Shown here: in pieces, positions 39,841-49,011 of the stretch
Numbering within the stretch: position 1 is the stretch's first letter
Layout of the letters: every line of letters begins with the position of its first letter
From: an uncultured Gemmatimonadales bacterium
GTDB lineage: Bacteria > Gemmatimonadota > Gemmatimonadetes > Longimicrobiales > Gaopeijiaceae
Length of the DNA: 64,000 bases
Direction of reading: 5' to 3'
NCBI GenBank assembly: GCA_963809895.1
Contig: CAWELD010000003.1
Span: 3,072,001-3,136,000 of the forward strand
Translations under genes and position numbers: made by a program
The notes under the pieces: model-generated
The model's input: only the letters and a program-made list of their open reading frames with translations
Databases searched by the model: none
What the model was told of the DNA's origin: nothing

Positions 39841-40897
39841 CCACCACGCGGATCTGGGTATCCGTGGGCAGGCCGTAGGCCTCGTCGGTCACGATCACCA
39901 TGCCCGCGCTCACGCCGTCGCCGGAGACCTCGGCGAGGCCCCGGTCCCGGAATCCCACGGTCACGGGCACGTGAATCGCCCGCTCGCCCTGCACCGCCAC
40001 GATCCAGGTTCCTTCACCCGCCCGCGTGATCACGCTCTCCTCGGGAACGACCAGCACATCGGGGTGTTCGGCCGCGACGATGTGGATCTCCGTGAACTGG
40101 CCGGGCATGAAACCCGAGCCCGGAGGCACCGCGACCTGTACGCGATAGGTGCCGTCCGTCGGATCCACGTCTCTGCCCAGGATCTTCACGGTGCCCTCGG
40201 GCACCGAATCACCCACGCCGAGCAGGACTCGCTGACCCACGGAGACGCCCCCGATCTCCCTGGCCGGGACCCCTGCGGTGACGACCAGGCGATCCAGGTC
40301 CACGACCTCGGCGAGCACCGTGTTCGCGTCGACGTGCTGGCCCACCTTCGCGTTCACGTGAAGCACCGTGCCCGAGAGGGGCGCGGCGAGGTTGACCCAG
40401 GCCAGCCCGGTCTCGGCGTCGGCGAGGTCCGCCTGGGCGGCATCGCGCGCCGCCTTGGCGTCCAGATACGCCCTCTGGGACGTGCCGTTGGACGCCACCA
40501 GCAGCTCCTGTCGCTGGAATGCGCTGTCGGCCGCATCGGCCGTCGAGCGCGCGCGCGTCAAAGCCGCCCGGGCCATGCGATCGTCCAGACGGACCAGGAC
40601 GCTTCCCTTCGCGACGCGGTGTCCTTCGACGGCTTCGACCTGCGAGACCACACCGTCCACGAAGGGCGTGATCACGGCGCCCGCCGCCGGCTCACCATCG
40701 ACCGCCGGCGACGGCTCCACGGTCCCGTAGGCCGTCACCGTGCGCCGGAGCCTAGCGGTACGGACCGTATCGACGTGCACCGCGACGTTGGGGGTCACCT
40801 CCTCTTCGGGCGGCCCACCGCGGCGCAGCCACACGATGGCGAGCACGGCCACCAGGACGATGGCGACGAGCGTCACGAGCTGTCGGCGGCCGATCAT
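39833..40897 (-). CDS. RND efflux periplasmic adaptor (MFP)
   Basis: N-terminal TM, lipoyl/hairpin motifs (APLSGTV), VPVTVGFRD. Confidence 0.92.
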   Translation of the reverse strand: MIGRRQLVTLVAIVLVAVLAIVWLRRGGPPEEEVTPNVAVHVDTVRTARLRRTVTAYGTVEPSPAVDGEPAAGAVITPFVDGVVSQVEAVEGHRVAKGSVLVRLDDRMARAALTRARSTADAADSAFQRQELLVASNGTSQRAYLDAKAARDAAQADLADAETGLAWVNLAAPLSGTVLHVNAKVGQHVDANTVLAEVVDLDRLVVTAGVPAREIGGVSVGQRVLLGVGDSVPEGTVKILGRDVDPTDGTYRVQVAVPPGSGFMPGQFTEIHIVAAEHPDVLVVPEESVITRAGEGTWIVAVQGERAIHVPVTVGFRDRGLAEVSGDGVSAGMVIVTDEAYGLPTDTQIRVVGG

Positions 40898-42354
40898 CGG
40901 GCGCCTCCCGCGGAGCCGGCGTCGCGCCGCGGATCATCGAGGGTCCAGGTCTCCATGTCCAGCGGCGTCTGCATCGCGTCCTCCAGTGCTCCGACGGCGG
41001 TTTGCGCCCGGGAGAGGGCGTCCAATCTGGCCAGGGCCGTGGCGACCGCCTCGGCCTGGAGACCCAGAAGGTCCAGGCGGGAGATCTCGCCCACGGCGTA
41101 GGCGGACTGCGCAGTGGCTTCCTGCTGTCCCAGGACCTCCAACAGGGTGTCCGCGGCCTGCACCTGCGCCGCCGCCCCACGGGCAGCGGACACGGCACCC
41201 TCCACCTCACCGAGCACCCGCGACTGGAGCGCCAGGAAGCTGGAGGCCGCCTCCTCGCGCCGCGCGGCCGCTTCGGCGATGGGTCCCTGATTCCGGTTCA
41301 GCAGCGGCAGGCTCAGCCCGAGGAGCAGCGTCCACTTGGTGTCGGACTGATCGAGCTGGTAGCCGGGCCCCAGGCTGATGTCGGGATACTGCTTGCGGAC
41401 TTCGAGCTGCAGATCCTTCTGGGTCGCCTCGTACTCCGCCAGCGACGCCAGGATGTCGGAGCGGTGCAGCATCGCCCGGCGGCGTGCTTCCACGTCCGGC
41501 ACCCTCACGGTCACCCCTGCCAGATCCGAGAAGTCCAGGGCCACGGAATCGAGGGCGGTGGGAGGCACCCCGATGGCATCGGCCAGAGCGCTGCGAGCCC
41601 GCACAGCGGCCTGGGTGGCGTCGAGGGCAGCGACCCGACTCTGGGCCAGCGCCACCCTGGCCTGGGTCACCTCCGTCGGCGAGGCCTCGCCGACCGCCCG
41701 TCTCGCCTCGAGAATGTCGAGGGATTCCGTGCGGATCTCACGCTGACGGGCCAACAGAGAGTCGGACTGGCGCGCCACGAAGAGGCCGGTGAAGGCGTCT
41801 CGCACCCGGCTGCGCACCTGCCAGGCGGCCGTGAACAGGTTCAGTCGTGCCGCCTCCGAGCGCTGGCGGGCGGCGGCGACACGGATGCCGCGCTTGCCCG
41901 CGACCTCGATGGGCAGCTCGAGCGAGACCTCGGGAATCCAGGGGGTGACCTCGCTCGAGGAGGTGGTCACGTTGTAGCCCGTGCCCGCCGACAGGGTCGG
42001 GTTCGGTCGGCCGCCGGCCGTGAGGACGCCACCCCGCGCCACCGCCCAGCGGGCGCGAGCCACGTCCAGCGCCGGGCTGAAGTAGAACGCGGCCAGGGTG
42101 AGGTCGTTCAGCGTCCATGCCGCCGGCGGCCAGGATGCGGCCTCACCCCTGGACGCCAGGAACTCAGCCAGTCGGCCGTCGTCGAGACGCCGGGCCTCGA
42201 AGTCCTCCAGGTTCTCGGCGGGTGAGATGGGGCGTGCGTGGTAGTGCGCGCACCCCGCCATGGAGAGGACAACCCAGATCAGGAGAGCGGCGATACGGTG
42301 TGCGGGCCGTGGCCGCCATCCCCCGATCCTGACTGTTCGGCCGTTTGGAGTCAT
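40894..42354 (-). CDS. TolC family outer membrane efflux lipoprotein
   Basis: Lipobox MAG/C, PNPTL, QYPDISLGPGY and LSLPLLNRNQG. Confidence 0.92.
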   Translation of the reverse strand: MTPNGRTVRIGGWRPRPAHRIAALLIWVVLSMAGCAHYHARPISPAENLEDFEARRLDDGRLAEFLASRGEAASWPPAAWTLNDLTLAAFYFSPALDVARARWAVARGGVLTAGGRPNPTLSAGTGYNVTTSSSEVTPWIPEVSLELPIEVAGKRGIRVAAARQRSEAARLNLFTAAWQVRSRVRDAFTGLFVARQSDSLLARQREIRTESLDILEARRAVGEASPTEVTQARVALAQSRVAALDATQAAVRARSALADAIGVPPTALDSVALDFSDLAGVTVRVPDVEARRRAMLHRSDILASLAEYEATQKDLQLEVRKQYPDISLGPGYQLDQSDTKWTLLLGLSLPLLNRNQGPIAEAAARREEAASSFLALQSRVLGEVEGAVSAARGAAAQVQAADTLLEVLGQQEATAQSAYAVGEISRLDLLGLQAEAVATALARLDALSRAQTAVGALEDAMQTPLDMETWTLDDPRRDAGSAGGAR

Positions 42355-42388
42355 GATCCAATCTCGGACTTACGTCCTTGCATGCGGA

Positions 42389-44182
42389 TTACAGGAGCGG
42401 ATCGGACAGCGTCACACCCACCTTCGCGGCGAGCTCCCGGAAGGCGGGCTCGTCTCGCAACGGCGCGAAGGTGACGTCGTGGAAGACGAACGGGAGTCGC
42501 ACGTCGCCCTCTGCGTACGCCCGTTCGAGCCATGCCAGCGCCTTGTCGTGTTGCCCGACACGTACGTAGGCGGCGGCGATGGCGGTCGTCCGCAAGCGCC
42601 ACGAGGGCTGGGTGATCAGGTCCAGCATGGCGACGACCTCACCGCGCCTGGCGGGATCGCCGGCAGCGAGCGCCACGCGCTCCAGCACGCCCACCTCAGG
42701 GCCGACCAGTTCCGCGTATCGGTGATAACCGTCGGCGGCGTCACGAGAACGCCCGGCATCGAGATAGGCGGTGGCGAGGGCTACCTGCGCGGCGGGGTAG
42801 GTCGCGTCGAGGCGCGTCGCGCGCTCGAGTTGGGTGACGGCCTCCGCCGTCCGCCCGCTTTTCCGCAAGAGCTCGCCGTACCCCAGGTTGAATCGCGGGG
42901 CCAGGGGGTCGAGGTCCAGCGCCCGCCGCTCGGCGTCGAGCGCCTCTTCGATCTGTCCGCGGGCCCCGAGCGCCTCGGACAGCCAGTCCCACGCCTGAGC
43001 CAGAGACGGCTTGAGCCGGATCGCCTGCCGCAGCGCGGCCTCGGCGCCCTCGAAATCGTAGTCCACGTGGAAGCGCAGATCGCCCAGAGCGGCGTAGGCT
43101 TCCGCGACCGTGCTGTCCAGGGCCAGCGCCCGCTCGGCCGCGGCGACGCCGAGGGGCCCGCTGTCACGCGGAGAGACCTCGGCGTAGAAGGGGAGGACCG
43201 CGTAGGTCAGCGCCCGACCGGCGTACGCGAGCGCGTAGCTGGAGTCGATGGCGATGGCGCTTCCGAAGAGGTCGAGGGCACGACGCAGATCCGCTTCGCG
43301 GCGGCGGCTGAAGGCATCGATGCCGCGCAGGTAGAGGTCGTAGGCCTCCACGTCGTCGGTGGGAATCGACGCGATACGGCTCGCCTCCTCGGGCTGGATC
43401 GTCGCCTTCAGCGACGCCGCCACCCTGCGGGCCACCTGCGCCTGGAACGCGAGTAGTCCCTGGACGGTGAGGTCACCGTCGTAGACCTCGGCCCACACGT
43501 GGGCGTCGCTCGCGCTCTCGATGAGCTGGAGGTTGATGCGCACCTCCTGATCGATGCGCGCGACACTGCCCTCCACGATCCAGCGCGCCCCGAGCTCCCG
43601 ACCCAGGGTGCGCATCGGAGCACGCTCCGGACCCGGCGGAAAACGCATGGTGGAGGAACGCGAGATGACGTGGAGGTCGGAGATCTTCTCGAGCTGGGTG
43701 AGGATCTCGTCCTGCACCCCGATGGCGAAGAAGGCGTTGTCCGGGTCCGTGCTCAGGTTTTCCAACGGAACCACCGCGACCGTCCTGTCACCGACGCCGG
43801 AGGTGCCCCCCGAAGCGGCCGAGCGCGCGAGCCAGCCCGCGCCCACGCCGACCGCGAGCATCACCACGACGAGCACCGCCGTGCGCACCGGGATCCAGGC
43901 GGCCGGAGCGGCGGCGGCCACGACCTCCTCCTCGTCTCCGTCGGGCGAGCGCACGACTCCCTCGGGGGTGAGGTCGAAGACCCACGCCAGGCCGAGAGCA
44001 ACCGGGAGGCCGAGCGCCGCGAGGGCCAGCAGGACGGACAGCGCGCGATCCGGAAGCTGGAGAATCGGGAAGACGACATCCGCCGCCTGCAGGACCGCGA
44101 ACGCCGCGGCGACGTAGACCATCGCCGCCCGCACGACCCTGCGGCGCTTGAGCTCGCCGAAGAACGACGGTGGCGGCGTCAC
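42389..44182 (-). CDS. Membrane-anchored TolB-N-like + TPR protein
   Basis: FFGELKRRRVVR, VAVVPLENLS, VISRSS and TPRs; start uncertain (44182 or 44275). Confidence 0.88.
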   Translation of the reverse strand: MTPPPSFFGELKRRRVVRAAMVYVAAAFAVLQAADVVFPILQLPDRALSVLLALAALGLPVALGLAWVFDLTPEGVVRSPDGDEEEVVAAAAPAAWIPVRTAVLVVVMLAVGVGAGWLARSAASGGTSGVGDRTVAVVPLENLSTDPDNAFFAIGVQDEILTQLEKISDLHVISRSSTMRFPPGPERAPMRTLGRELGARWIVEGSVARIDQEVRINLQLIESASDAHVWAEVYDGDLTVQGLLAFQAQVARRVAASLKATIQPEEASRIASIPTDDVEAYDLYLRGIDAFSRRREADLRRALDLFGSAIAIDSSYALAYAGRALTYAVLPFYAEVSPRDSGPLGVAAAERALALDSTVAEAYAALGDLRFHVDYDFEGAEAALRQAIRLKPSLAQAWDWLSEALGARGQIEEALDAERRALDLDPLAPRFNLGYGELLRKSGRTAEAVTQLERATRLDATYPAAQVALATAYLDAGRSRDAADGYHRYAELVGPEVGVLERVALAAGDPARRGEVVAMLDLITQPSWRLRTTAIAAAYVRVGQHDKALAWLERAYAEGDVRLPFVFHDVTFAPLRDEPAFRELAAKVGVTLSDPLL

Positions 44183-44327
44183 GAACGGGTCGGCGGTGAG
44201 GGCGTGGAGAGCATCCGCGGAAGATGCCAGGGTCCCGGGGGACGCGCCATTGCCCTGGCGCTTCAGGACATCCATCCGTGCGGGGGCGGCTCCGTGAGCG
44301 CGCAGAATCAGGGGTGATGCCTGGACC

Positions 44328-44368
44328 TGCGCGAAATCCGCACGCATTCGCGCGAGATCTTCAATCGG
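44328..44368 (+). promoter_or_regulatory. Conserved 41-bp motif, copy 2
   Basis: TGCGCGAAATC...GCGAGATCTTCAATCGG upstream of a lipoprotein gene. Confidence 0.6.
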
Positions 44369-44443
44369 GTCGGGGGGGATGGGAGCCATCGTCCAACCCC
44401 GACGACCGGTTCCGTCCTCGCCCCACGCAAAGGAGCGCGTCTC

Positions 44444-46123
44444 ATGTTCGGCCCCCTCGCCCTGCCCCAACGCGGTATCCCCCTCTCCATGGCCGTCGCG
44501 GCGACTCTCGTCGCTGCCGCCTGCGGCGGCGACAACGGCACCGAGCCGACACCCACCGAACAGAAGACCGGCACCGTCACGGTCTCCGTGACCACCGCCG
44601 GTGTCGAGCTGGACGTCGACGGATACCAGATCCGGATCGACGGGGCACTCAAGGGCAACATCGCCGTCGACGGCTCCCTCACCCTCAGCGACCTCTCCGT
44701 CGGAGCGCGCAGCGTGTCGCTGGAGGGGCTCGCCCGCAACTGTGCGGTCTCCGGTGCGAATCCGGCCACCGCCACGGTCGCCGCCGATCAGACCACGTCC
44801 GTGGCCTTCGAGGTGTTGTGCGCTGAGGACCTCGGCTCCCTCCACATCGTGACCAGCACCGAGGGGCGGGTCCTGGATCCCGACGGCTACTCGGTCACGG
44901 TGGACGGGGATGTCGAGGAGGCACTCGGCATCGACGACGAGGTCACCCTCCAGCTCAAGCCCGGCACCCACACGATCACCCTCCAGGGCCAGGCCGCGAA
45001 CTGTGCGCCCAGGGGATTGCCCGAGGCGACGGCGACGGTTCCGTTCGGCGACACGAAAGACGTGACCTTCGAGCTCGTCTGCTTCGAGGATCCCATCGTA
45101 TTCGAGCGGGAACGCAACTCCGATGGGCGGGATCTCTGGGTCGTGGACGCCAGCGGAGGGCCCGAGGTCCGTCTCACCGACGACCCCGTGAACCTCGACT
45201 ACAGCGGCCTCTCCATCAGCGGATCCGCCTGGAATCCCGGCCACACCCACGTGGTGTTCCAGAGCGCTCCCGTATCGAGCTTCACCGACTACGACATCTA
45301 CGTCCTGGCCCTCAACAAGAGCGAGATGTTCCACCTCCAGGAGGACGGTACCCAGGTCCAGCCCCAGTGGTCGCCCGACGGATCCAGGATCCTGTTCGGC
45401 GACTTCGGCCCCGGGCGTTTCGCCGACATCTTCGTGGCGGACCCCCAACTGACCGAGGTGACCAACATCACGCAGTCGGCGGTCTGGGAGAACGCTGCCA
45501 CCTGGTCGCCGGACGGATCCCGAATCCTGGCCGTGGCCGATCCGGCGAGCGGCCCACCCTCCGGTGCGCTGGTCGTCTTCAATGCCGACGGCTCCGGCCG
45601 CGTGGACCTCTCCGAGATCGTCGGCGGGCACGATGCAGGCGTGAACGATCAGGACCCGAGATGGTCGCCGGACGGCTCGAAGATCGCATTCCTCCGCTAT
45701 CGGGAGGAGAACCTGGAAGGTGACATCTGGGTGGCCGACGCGGACGGATCGAACGCGGTGCGGCTCACGGACACCCCGAACGACGGGAAGTTCGAGCTCT
45801 TGTGGAGCCCGGACGGGTCGACGCTGTACTACTCCCTCTGCCCCGACTGCACCACGTCATCCGGACCGGCGACGACGGACGTCTGGGCCATGGCAGTGGA
45901 TGGATCGAGCAACGTCCAGGTCACCGACTCTGGTGACGAGGCGCCAGGCGCGTTCAACGCCACGACGACGTTCGCCGGGGAGGTGCCGGCGGGGACGAGT
46001 CTGGTGACGGTCAACGGCATCCTGAGCATCGGCCTGCAACTCTACCGCATGGCTCCCGACGGGTCCGGGCGGGTGGCGATCACCTCCACCCAGGGCAGCG
46101 CCAACAACCCGCACTGGCGGTAG
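44444..46123 (+). CDS. Lipoprotein with Ig-like/PEGA-like repeats and TolB-like PD40 propeller
   Basis: AAGGAG RBS, lipobox VAAA/CGG, two DxDGY..NC repeats, several WSPDGS repeats. Confidence 0.88.
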   Translation: MFGPLALPQRGIPLSMAVAATLVAAACGGDNGTEPTPTEQKTGTVTVSVTTAGVELDVDGYQIRIDGALKGNIAVDGSLTLSDLSVGARSVSLEGLARNCAVSGANPATATVAADQTTSVAFEVLCAEDLGSLHIVTSTEGRVLDPDGYSVTVDGDVEEALGIDDEVTLQLKPGTHTITLQGQAANCAPRGLPEATATVPFGDTKDVTFELVCFEDPIVFERERNSDGRDLWVVDASGGPEVRLTDDPVNLDYSGLSISGSAWNPGHTHVVFQSAPVSSFTDYDIYVLALNKSEMFHLQEDGTQVQPQWSPDGSRILFGDFGPGRFADIFVADPQLTEVTNITQSAVWENAATWSPDGSRILAVADPASGPPSGALVVFNADGSGRVDLSEIVGGHDAGVNDQDPRWSPDGSKIAFLRYREENLEGDIWVADADGSNAVRLTDTPNDGKFELLWSPDGSTLYYSLCPDCTTSSGPATTDVWAMAVDGSSNVQVTDSGDEAPGAFNATTTFAGEVPAGTSLVTVNGILSIGLQLYRMAPDGSGRVAITSTQGSANNPHWR

Positions 46124-46140
46124 GTCGCCGAACGTCGACC

Positions 46141-46196
46141 GGCGGCGGGCGCCGCTCGCCTCGTGAACCGCCCCCCCGGGCGGGGCGCCCGCCGCC
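46141..46196. terminator. GC-rich hairpin between convergent genes
   Basis: GGCGGCGGGCGCC / GGCGCCCGCCGCC 13-bp inverted repeat. Confidence 0.5.
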
Positions 46197-46209
46197 TCGA
46201 AGCGAGGCT

Positions 46210-47913
46210 CTACTTCACTCCACCTCGGGCGACGACCAACGGCTTCAGGGGGATGGCCGTCGCCTGCATGGGGAATTCCAGCTCGGTGGCGCCCTCGGGT
46301 CCGACGGCGACGCGCACCTCGGACTGCGCGTAGCCGATGAGCTCGACCGCCACCGGACGCTCGCCCGCCGGAACCCCTTCGATGCGGAACCTGCCCTCGA
46401 TGTCGGCCAGGGTGCCCCGGCCGGTTCCCGGCACGTAGACCTGGGCGTTGGGCAGCGGACGCCCGGACGTCACGTCGCGGACCACGCCGGTGACGACGCC
46501 GGTTTCGCCGGCTGCGGCGGCCTCGTCCAACGCCGGGCTCGCGAGCACGCGGGGCGCCGGGCCGGAAGGAACAGCCGGCTTGTCCAACGCGCTGCCGTCA
46601 ACGCTCCCGAAGACCACCGGGAGCGAGACCCAGACGGGTATCTTCTGGTCGCGGTTCAGCGCCGGAGTGAAGGTCACGTCGGCCAGCGTCCTCAGGGCGA
46701 GCTGGTCCAGCTCCCGGGATCCACTGGAGTGGCTGACACGGGTATCCCGTACCCGACCGCCCTCGCCGATGAACAGCCAGACGGTGACCCGCCCCCGAGA
46801 GATCTCGGAGAGGGCAGCGTAGCGCGCTTCCAGGGCGCCGGTCACCTCATCGGCGTTCGTCGGCTGCGGCGACACCGTATAGGGCGTGAAGACCGGATAG
46901 GAGGAGTCGCCTGTCGGAGCGCCGGTCGCCGCGACGGAGCTGGACCCGGTCCGGCTCGCGTCGGCACTGCTCTCGGGCCCTGCGTCGGTGGGGGGTGGCG
47001 CGTTGCAGGCGAGGATTCCCAGAAGAACGGCGGTTCCCGTGAAGAGGCTGCCGCTGAGCCAGGGTCGCTTCGGGCCGGGCGTGGTCATGATGCGGATCCT
47101 CCGCTTGAGAGTCTGATACGGTTCGGAGAGGAGGGCGGCCAGGGGCGCGGGCACGGCCGGACGCCGCCCCATGGCCAGGAGAAGGTCGATGTAGGCGCGA
47201 GTCCCCGTGGGGTGCCGCCCGAGCACCCGCAGGTCGCAGTCCCCTTCCACCGCCGTGCGCAGGCGGGAGAGCTGCCACCACAGGGGCAGGTGCCAGGGCA
47301 CCAGGATGGGGAGGAGACCGGCGGTCAGCAGGAGCCGCAGGTCACCGGCTCGCAGATGCTCCACCTCGTGCTCCAGCACGAAGCCGAGCCTGTCCGGGTC
47401 CAGCTCCTCGCACCATCCCGGGAGCACGACCCGCGGCCGGAGGAATCCCACAACGGCGGGGCCCCATCCCCCTGAGACGAGGACCTCCCGACCCGCCACC
47501 CGGGCCGTGCGCCATCCTCTGCGCAGTCGCCGGGTGCGAAAGACCAGGACGAGAAGGAAGAGGCCGAGGGCGGCCGTGGCCAGCGCCCACGCCGTCAGGA
47601 TCGGGCGATCGAGGCTCCGGAGCGGCGAGTCCGGCGCCACCTGCAGGATCACCGGCTCCGGTGTCGGGCGCGGCCGCGTGCTTCGAGCCGCCGGCATCGG
47701 GGCCGTCGTCTGGACGAGTGTCGGTGACGGCGGGGCCGGGCGATTCGTCCAGGCCCACAGCGCCACCGGCCACCCCACCGAAGCAACGAGGGCCATCGTC
47801 CACACCCAACGTGCGGGACGCCGGTGGGCGCGCAGCACGTGCTCGAGGGCCAGCGCGCCGGCGCTCAAAAGGCAGCCCACGAGGAGGGCGTAAAGAATCC
47901 AGGCGGCGATCAT
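46210..47913 (-). CDS. BlaR1/M56 peptidase fused to TonB C-terminal and carboxypeptidase-regulatory-like domains
   Basis: GPAVVG, HEVEH zinc motif, EGDCD; SSGSRELD..FTPALNRDQKIPVWV; VTGVVRD..GRPLPNAQV; ATGA-coupled to the BlaI gene. Confidence 0.88.
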   Translation of the reverse strand: MIAAWILYALLVGCLLSAGALALEHVLRAHRRPARWVWTMALVASVGWPVALWAWTNRPAPPSPTLVQTTAPMPAARSTRPRPTPEPVILQVAPDSPLRSLDRPILTAWALATAALGLFLLVLVFRTRRLRRGWRTARVAGREVLVSGGWGPAVVGFLRPRVVLPGWCEELDPDRLGFVLEHEVEHLRAGDLRLLLTAGLLPILVPWHLPLWWQLSRLRTAVEGDCDLRVLGRHPTGTRAYIDLLLAMGRRPAVPAPLAALLSEPYQTLKRRIRIMTTPGPKRPWLSGSLFTGTAVLLGILACNAPPPTDAGPESSADASRTGSSSVAATGAPTGDSSYPVFTPYTVSPQPTNADEVTGALEARYAALSEISRGRVTVWLFIGEGGRVRDTRVSHSSGSRELDQLALRTLADVTFTPALNRDQKIPVWVSLPVVFGSVDGSALDKPAVPSGPAPRVLASPALDEAAAAGETGVVTGVVRDVTSGRPLPNAQVYVPGTGRGTLADIEGRFRIEGVPAGERPVAVELIGYAQSEVRVAVGPEGATELEFPMQATAIPLKPLVVARGGVK

Positions 47914-48281
47914 TCTTCCCCTCCTTCCTTCAGGCGCTCGTCCACCAGCGCCCGCAACTCCTCGAGCTCCTCCTGGGTGAGCTCGCCCCGGCCGAGGAGG
48001 TGGGCCATGAGCATCCTCGGCGAATCGCCGAAGAGCTCGTGCGTGAGCCGCCGCACCGTGCTGGTCCGCACCGCGCTGCGCTCCAGCACCGGCAGGTAGC
48101 GATGGGCCTTGCCCTCGGACTCGTGCTCCACGTGTCCCTTGTCCTCGAGGCGCTGCAGGATGGTGAGGACCGTGGTGTAGGCCAGCTCGTCGGAGAGGCG
48201 CTCCAGGACCTCGGCGACCGTGGCCGAGCCCCGATCCCAGAGCACGTTCATGACGTCGAGTTCGCGAGAGGAGAGGATCAT
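47910..48281 (-). CDS. BlaI/MecI/CopY family repressor
   Basis: LSSRELDVMNVLW, LAYTTVLTILQRLEDKG and LFGDS. Confidence 0.95.
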   Translation of the reverse strand: MILSSRELDVMNVLWDRGSATVAEVLERLSDELAYTTVLTILQRLEDKGHVEHESEGKAHRYLPVLERSAVRTSTVRRLTHELFGDSPRMLMAHLLGRGELTQEELEELRALVDERLKEGGEE

Positions 48282-48396
48282 GGGATGCCTCGTGTGGGTG
48301 GCCTCGTGGGGAGGTTTGCTGGTGCGCCTGGCATGGGAGACCCTGGACTGGCGAGCCTGGCATGGGCCCGACAGGGGCGCCCCCTGGGGCGTTTGT

Positions 48397-48456
48397 TACT
48401 ACATGAGTAGTACGAACCTACGCCCGGCATCCCGCTAAGTCAACTACCTTTGTAGT
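48397..48456. promoter_or_regulatory. Two BlaI-type operators
   Basis: TACTAC-ATGA-GTAGTA (48397-412) and ACTAC-CTTT-GTAGT (48443-456). Confidence 0.75.
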
Positions 48457-48544
48457 AGGACGGCGGTCGAGGCGGGAGCCGGTTCGTCCCGCGACCGCCG
48501 TCTCCATGCGCCCTCGAGCCTTGGGCATCGCCGTCGCCCCCCCG

Positions 48545-48722
48545 ACATGGTCATCGCAGCCGTCGAGGGCCGGGCCGCCGGGGGATGGCTGCGAAGACCA
48601 GGATTGTCATGGTCTTCGCCGCCCGGGACCCCCGCGGCGCCCTCGGCGGCTGCAAACGCCAGGATAGTCATGGTCTTTGCAGCCGCCCCCATGGCCGGGC
48701 ACCGTCCCCGGCGGCAAACCCC
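48545..48722. repeat. Palindromic repeat element copy A (half + 2x37 bp + half)
   Basis: Units at 48587-623 and 48648-684 (GGCTGC...CAGGAT..TCATGG...GCC); spacers 25/24/25 bp. Confidence 0.9.
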
Positions 48723-48853
48723 GCGCTCGGCGCGAGCCCTGTCCCGGCGGTTCGCGGTTCGCGGTTCGCGTGGGAGCCAGCCGCCCTCGCTTCAGGCGTC
48801 GCCTGATTGGTGGCGCCTCCTCACCTCGGAGGTCGGGCCGGCCGCCGTACCGC

Positions 48854-48889
48854 TGTCGATTCCAGCCCCGCCCGTTCGTAGCAGGAGTG
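48854..48889 (+). promoter_or_regulatory. ECF42-like promoter copy 1
   Basis: TGTCGA-N13-CGTTCGTAG; 31/36 identical to 51469-51504. Confidence 0.6.
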
Positions 48890-49011
48890 GGAGGAGCATT
48901 CCTCTCGCCCGTGGCTCTTGACATCCCGCTCGCTGGAGAGCCTCTCTGTACCACCGCGGAGAGAGCCCTCTCGGCGAGCCATTGAACCCTCCGATCCGGA
49001 CGACCCTCCCC

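Noticed and set aside
42389..45631. 1080-aa ORF as a single fusion protein
   Set aside because: The N-terminal ~450 aa is the antisense shadow of the 44444-46123 lipoprotein gene; the real gene starts near 44182-44275
48444..48921. Similar short ORFs over the repeat elements (ARIVMVFAA, PGLSWCPPP; also near 53814, 59408, 60244)
   Set aside because: They are translations of the nucleotide repeat in inconsistent frames and lengths, with no RBS
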